This document shows positions 57,753-64,000 of a DNA stretch of 64,000 nt, piece by piece. The position numbers were made by a program, and so were the translations under genes. Within the stretch, counting starts at the first letter, position 1; each line of letters starts with the position of its first letter. Under the pieces are notes generated by a model. The model did no database searches. It was not told the DNA's origin and saw only the letters and a program-made list of their open reading frames with translations. Origin of the DNA: Minutocellus sp. GHC0000111 (taxonomy: Eukaryota); NCBI GenBank assembly GCA_977018835.1, contig OZ361257.1:372001-436000 (forward strand). The letters are read 5' to 3'.

Positions 57753-59062
57753 TTAAGAGCTGCTTTCTTCGGAGCTACTTTCGTCGTTGGAGCTACTTTC
57801 CTCAGAGTTGCTGTCACCATTGCCGGTTGCAGTTCGAAGCTGAATGATGAGCATAGCAGGCGAAAGCGTTAGCAATGTAAATGGAAATAGAGGACAAAAT
57901 AAATTCAATACATAGATAGAGCACTCACCGTCTGGCAAATCTCTCCTTCGTGTGTATTGGGACAAAGACAAGTTCCGAAGATGTTATCGATGCAAGAGCC
58001 TCCATTCAGGCATGGATTGGGGGAGCAGAGATTTACATGTTCACATATTGTGCCAGTATATCTAGGATCACAAAGGCAGGAAAAGCTATCAGCTGTTGCA
58101 ACACAAACTCCGCTGTTGAGACAAGGAGTTGTGCTGCAAGGATCAGCGGGTGGGCTAGAGCAAGTGTGCTCGTTGCCATATGCCTTCGTTGCACAGTTCC
58201 CAGCGGAGCAAGAAACTTCCTCGCCGGCTGCATTATGGCACGAGGAAGAGAGATCCGTATAGTCGCCATCATTAGAAGTTGATGAGCACGTCTTGGATAC
58301 TCTCGGATCTGGCCAGATATTGTTATTGAATCCGTGGCACACATACAGCAGACCGTTGCAGCTCCCATTGAAAAAATCTACAACATGAAAATTACCATCG
58401 AGCGCATCGGCAAGTGCTTCCTGACAGGTGCCATCTCCTAGACAGCTATACGTTACGCTCTTGATGCTACTTCCTCCTCTTGCAAGCCCAAAACAAGATC
58501 CATCCCCAAAGCAGCTTCTGAAGAAAACATCGATTGATCCGTCGCTGTATGCCGCATCGTGACAAGCTGAAGTACCAAAGCAGCTCTCGTCGACGACACC
58601 CAGACAGCAATTGTGATTGCCTGCAATGAGACACGCAAGGGAACCTTTGCATCCTCCGTGGACTTTTGAAATCTGGGCATCTTCACAGACGTGTTCTCCG
58701 ATAGCAAGAGGAGGAACTATCCCCACCGCGGAGTCAGTTTCAGCGGTAATGTCTCTACAGCCATCAATAACCTCGCAAATTGTCGCGCGTCGACAGGCAA
58801 AACCATCTGCGTTGGGATTGGTGGAATCGGTGGAACAGCTGTACTGACCAGCATCAGCACAAACCTTGCCGGTGAAGCCGTCACAGTCATTTAGCGATGT
58901 ACAGCAGTTTCCTCCTGCTGCAGCACATGCCTGATGGCATGATTCTCCGCTAGCAATGTCGATCCCCATTTTGCACTCAATGAAGTTGGCGCAACTATGA
59001 ACAGATGCAACGTAGCGAAGACTCACCGCCAAGGAAATGCTGAAAAGAAAGTAGATCTTCAT
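57753..59062 (-). CDS. Secreted Cys-rich protein with SCxGxxxC repeats, two EGF-like domains and a Ser/Glu tail; intron 57928-57840
   Basis: Signal peptide; PCSTTPCLNSGVC...CLCDPRYTGTIC and CSPNPCLNGGSC...CLCPNTHEGEIC; last exon ...SNSEESSSNDESSSEESSS*. Confidence 0.8.
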
Positions 59063-59938
59063 GTTCTCTTGCTAGCTCAATGAAAGAATTATGAAAGCAG
59101 TGTGCTTTTTTGTAGAGGCGGGCGCTGCCACTAAAAATGCTGCTGAGGACCCGTGACTTAAATGGGCGAACCGGCGATATCCGGCGATGACGAAAAGTCG
59201 ATATCCTGGGATGAAACTTTACACAACCTTGATCGATATCAAGTTGACGCAAATTGCATAGTTTATATTTTAATTTTGTCTCCATTGGCAAAGATATATC
59301 TCATAGTTCGCAGACAAAATGCTGCATACATGCCCGAGCTTGGCCTTGATCCTTGAGCAAGCAGCTTCTCGTTTCGAACGTATGCTTATTACATGTAAGC
59401 ACGCCCACTCTACGACTAAGTTCCGCCTACTTTTGGCTTTGTGGCTTTGTGATGAAGGCAGCAAGACGAGGAATAAAATGTCGAGTCGACGTCGCGAAGG
59501 TCGCGAAGGGCCTTTTGGACACTGCCAACACAAGATGGTACTGTACGATGGTGTGGCTACGGCTCGTTTTCGATTAGACGGCGGCAGGTGAAAACAAAAA
59601 GCAACCGGAACCGACCCGAAAGCGCAGCAGCGGCTGCGCCAGCAGCATGCCAGCGCGCTTTGCCCTGCTGCTGCTGCGTCTTGCCTGCATGCGTGCATAT
59701 CAGCAGATTTGTGGTCGCAACGCAAAGTATCGCAAGACTTATGCCCCTGCGCTGCTGCCTGCCAACGCGATCATTGATTTATTTTTCAGCCAAGGTAACA
59801 GCGAAAGTCAAAAGATGGCCAGGCCAGCGAAGCAAGAAGGGAGAGCCAAGCATTGGCTGCAGCTGGCTGCCGACCAACGAGCGCTGACAGGAGAGTACTG
59901 ATATTGCCGCACTGTTGTTCAAATTTAATCGACCGGCG

Positions 59939-61586
59939 ATGGTATCCGACGGCCGGCACAAGGCGTGCCATCTCGAGCCCAAGAGGTCGTCCGCCGCCGG
60001 CACTTCGGCTACCGCAACGTCATCGACGGGCGGGGCAATCCCAATAACCGTCCTGGACGGCACCATGACAAACAACCTCTCCAGCACAAACAAAAAACGG
60101 CGAAAGATAAAGCGATCGGGGCTATTTGCACTTTCCCTCCTCTTCCTGGCAGCGGCGGTACTACTTTTATCCAACGAGTACCTCCTCGAGAACGCCTACG
60201 AGCAAATGGGCGACCTGACCGACGAGGACTTGACCCAGGCCATACTTATGCGCGATCAAGTCGGGGGCAACGAGCAATTGATGAACGCGCAAATATCACC
60301 CATAGACTTCTACGGCGGTCCGTATCCATTGGCACAGCTGCAACCAGCCCCCACCGCAACCTATCACATATTTCAAGCGAGCATCGGAATGTCGGGCTCG
60401 ACACTGTTATCCAACATTCTCATCGGATTGTTCGAGGGTGCCGACGCAACGTATTCCTTTCTGGAACAGGATTGGAAGACTCATTTCGCCGGGGATATGG
60501 ACGCGCCGATCAACTCTACCGTGGTTACCAAGACGCACGTGATCAATGTCGATGATATTGTGGAACGATATAGCGGCATAGCCCAAGATGGGAAGTTCGA
60601 ACGGATATTTGTCGTCAGTTCCAGCCGAGGGGAGGCGCACATCGACGACAAGTACTGCGATGCGACCAACCAATACAACCAGTTTGTATTGTGTTTGGAT
60701 TACGAAGACTTTACCTACAAGCAACCCGCCGACATGGCCAAGAGCGTATCCTTCGTCCGACGACGATTAGTCGAAGCATTTCCGTACTTTGCCAACATTG
60801 CATTTGACGAGGAGCAAACTGTGAAGAGGTTGGAAGAGATGGCACAGGTGATGGAACAAATGAAGGACGAAAAGTTTGGCAAGATGGATCAGAAGTTTGG
60901 CATCCATGGTCATCACAAGGGGCGGTTCGCCAAGAAGTTTGGTGCCGGCGCCGCCGCGGCTGGGGGCAATGCCGCCGGTGACGCGAAAGATCAGGGCAAT
61001 CCTGTCGGCGTGGTCAAGCAAAAGCTCAAACTGACCCGCAAGGGTGGGGACGCAAATATTGTGGTCGGTGGAGGTGGCCGAAGGTTGGAGGGATCTTTGC
61101 GAACAAACGAGGATAAGTCGGAGCAGGTGCGGGTTCTGCACATACTGAAGAAGCACAAGGATGTGGCGAAACCGCGATCCTGGCGTAACCCATCCATCAC
61201 GGATACCCGTGAGGAGGCGATGGTGCAGCTTCAATCGATACTGGATAAGTTGAAAAAAATCGAGGCTGGTGGCGGTATGAATGGATTGAAGAAAGCGTTT
61301 GAAGACACTGCCAAGGTGGAATCGGACTGTGCCAGTGCCAAGGACGGGGGTGATCTGAATTTCTTCGGCCGTGGAAGAGTAAGTTGCATTGCTCACTGAT
61401 GATTTTTACTTTATACTTCTAGTGGATACACTATGAGCAATGTGTACTGATTCTCCTTTTATCTTATTCTCTCCCTCTTAGATGCACAAGCCATTCGAGG
61501 AGACCAGCTTTGCGCTAAATGTTGGAGAAATGTCTGACGTTATCGAGACGAAAAGCGGGCTACACATTATTTTACGCGTTGATTAG
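59939..61586 (+). CDS. Type II membrane protein: sulfotransferase-like domain fused to a Pin1-type parvulin PPIase; intron 61379-61481
   Basis: [30 protein letters not shown] and [16 protein letters not shown]...[57 protein letters not shown]. Confidence 0.8.
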
Positions 61587-61588
61587 AC

Positions 61589-62101
61589 TTATTCCAGGGA
61601 AACGGACGTGAAGTACATTTGTCGCTGGTTGTTGGACAAAGTTTCTTCTTGAGCATAGAGCAAGAGAGACTCCCAACGCCATGGCTTGACGTTGTGCTCC
61701 GGAGGGTCAATCTGATAACAGATCAGTTTCATCTCAATGGTGCCTTCACGCCAACCGTCAAGTTCCTTCGCATCTTTTCCTTTTGCCAGCACCATCCCAT
61801 TAAGGCGTATCTCAATGTTTCTAGCCATTTCGATTCCACCTTTAAATTTTTTTGTGACATTGAATTGAACCTCGCGGGTGCCGCCATGATAATCCGGCAA
61901 GGTTGGAAGGGAACCCTGGGCGTAGATCTTTCTGTTGATTGAGATAGTTATCTCTACACTGTCATCATGTCTGATCGCATGGTCCAGGAGGTCGTCACGG
62001 GCAGTTTTCAGCTTCGCTACTTCTGCTGCCAGCTGGTCAATTTCCTCTTTCATCGTCTTATCTTTGATGACCGATAGAACTAGGGGGGCTAGGTCCGACA
62101 T
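61589..62101 (-). CDS. Hypothetical protein with N-terminal coiled coil (MSDLAP-type, probably diatom-specific)
   Basis: 170-aa ORF from ATG 62101 with heptad repeat EEIDQLAAEVAKLK. Confidence 0.5.
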   Translation of the reverse strand: MSDLAPLVLSVIKDKTMKEEIDQLAAEVAKLKTARDDLLDHAIRHDDSVEITISINRKIYAQGSLPTLPDYHGGTREVQFNVTKKFKGGIEMARNIEIRLNGMVLAKGKDAKELDGWREGTIEMKLICYQIDPPEHNVKPWRWESLLLYAQEETLSNNQRQMYFTSVSLE

Positions 62102-62416
62102 CTTGATGGTAGAAAGGATTCCTAATGAAGGCGACAAGTGAATTATTAGAGGAGACCATCCATGTCTTCAATTTATGGTCTGAAAACGTGGAAGAATAAA
62201 TCCGGTCGATATCCATCAAGCATACAATGTGCCAAAGTAAAGCCGTTGGGGGGGAATCGATTACTTTGAATCTTTCGAAGTTACACGCTGGGCAGTAATT
62301 TGCCATTTTGGTGTACGTGGGCATAGGTTCTGATATGTATTCGTGCCAAGTAGCGCTGTCGATGCGGATAATGTGGAGCTCATTTTTCGATAACTGCCGA
62401 GGTTATAAACACAACG

Positions 62417-63156
62417 ATGAAGATTTCTACTGCCTCGATTGCTTCCATCGCCATTCTGGCATCCAGTGCCGATCTCGTTCTCGCTCGAAATGGCAGAGTT
62501 CTGAAGAGCAGCAAGGCTGGTGGCCGTGGCAAGGGTAAGTGGAGCATTCGGCGTGGTTTTGCATCTCTGTATCGAGTCATGGCAAAAGCTCTTAACAAGA
62601 TTCTCTACTTCTCATCTTCGTTGCAGGTAGCTCGTCTTCTTCCTGTGGCTCTGGACTCCCGGCCAAGGATTCCATGACGCCAGAGGCCAAGTGCGACGTT
62701 TTCCGAGCTTACCATCATTCCGAGGTCTATATCGCCCAGAACGCTGATCGCCGTGCCCTTGCTGCCGACGATGTCGATGCCAAGGCCGCTGCCCGCATCC
62801 TCTTTCCTGACACGCCCGTCCTCTGCGACGCCTTTGGCCCTCTGGATCCCTACCTCTGCCCCGGCGGTCCTCGTATTGCCAAGATTTGTACGGAGCCTCG
62901 TATTGACAACAATGTGGCCGTGAAGGAACGCTACTGCGAGCCTATCTTTCGTGATATTTGCGATGACGAGGAGCGTGATGAGTGCGTCCGTCGCTGCATC
63001 CAGTACGTTTCGCCTACCCAGGGTGATTGCTGCGGCATTTCCGAGGTGGATTGCGACGACTATCCCCTTGGACCTGGCAGCAGCTCGAGTGGCAAGGGCT
63101 CGAAGAGATCGAAAGGTGGAAAGGGCGGAAAGGGAGGGAAGAGCTCAAAGAGCTAA
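62417..63156 (+). CDS. Silaffin/cingulin-like secreted protein with Cys-rich core; intron 62535-62626
   Basis: Signal peptide, RVL site immediately followed by KSSK, C-terminal KGSKRSKGGKGGKGGKSSK (KxxK cluster). Confidence 0.72.
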
Positions 63157-63392
63157 GTAGAATGGCAGTGATAAGGAGGAAGCTGGCCGAGCGAACATAC
63201 TAGTACCGATAGTTATTTGGATGAAGGAAAGTATAGAAAGAAGTGTCGTTCCCAAATCAAATCAAATTTTAGAAGAGATTATTCTATACCAGCGACAAAA
63301 AATCCTTCAAAAATATATAGGATAGAGAGAGCTCTACACGAAGTGGCATCTTCATCTCCATCGTTTCCCCAATGGCGGCTGCGGAATCCACC

Positions 63393-64000
63393 TTACTCCA
63401 CGGCATCGGTGATACCGGTGGCGGAGACGGCGAACTGAGCATCGGCCTCGGGGAGGGTGGGTGAACTGTTGAGAGAAAGGAGGAGAAAGTTAGAGGAGAA
63501 CCAGACAGTTAGAATATATCTCAATCGACGCAAGATCAGAATTACAACAAAAACACCAAGAAGAAAAGATCTCACTCGAAGATGGTGCTTCAAAGAGAGA
63601 GAGAGAGAGAAGAGTAGAAAGAAGAGAAAGAACAAAGCAAATGGTGAGAGCGAGGTGAAACATTACCAGTACTGCAACCCCGATATATAAACTAAACCAG
63701 TCACCCCACATCCAAGCTCACCAGATGCGATTCTCCCCACGACCCTTGCGCATGCGAAGACGGGTGGTCGAGGCATGGGCAATGATGTTGCCGCCAATCG
63801 GCTTGGTCGAGTCCTTGGCAAAGCTCATACCGTCGGGATTCGCCACGACCTGGTTGGTAATCAAAACGGCGACGCCAAACTCCTCGGCCAGGCGGGTGAG
63901 CTGACGGAGGAACTGGGCCATTTGCATCTGGCGCTCGGAGAGCTCGCCGCGTCCGGAGTAGTCGGTACGAAACAACGCCGTGGCGGAATCGACGACGATG
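63393..64000 (-). CDS. RAD51: DNA repair recombinase RAD51, 3' part; exons >64000-63722, 63587-63576, 63465-63393
   Basis: [53 protein letters not shown], then [16 protein letters not shown]. Confidence 0.93.

Overview
Eukaryotic nuclear DNA with GT-AG introns, almost certainly a diatom (ASAF-type plastid presequences, RXL-processed secreted proteins, silicanin- and silaffin-like genes). It holds about 35 genes or gene remnants. Recognisable genes include an asparagine-synthetase-like amidotransferase, an O-fucosyltransferase, HEATR5, JMJD8, fibrillin, a YghU-type GST, DUF1275, PpnP, NOSIP and RAD51. Highlights: (1) a complete 4.45-kb Kolobok-type DNA transposon (TTAA TSD, perfect 17-bp TIRs, intact transposase, convergent KolX-like gene), plus an inverted 1.09-kb copy of its transposase core joining two broken host genes; (2) a 4.0-kb TA-flanked mariner-like element carrying an extra ORF; (3) a head-to-head pair of organelle-targeted enzymes (Ntn amidotransferase and an uncharacterised PLP enzyme, the latter tandemly duplicated); (4) a 54-63 kb neighbourhood of putative cell-wall proteins, including an Arg/Gly peptide precursor and a sulfotransferase-like/Pin1 fusion. 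Many genes carry frameshifts, in-frame stops or chimeric junctions, so this is either a decaying haplotype or an error-prone assembly. All family calls come from motif recognition by eye, not from database searches.
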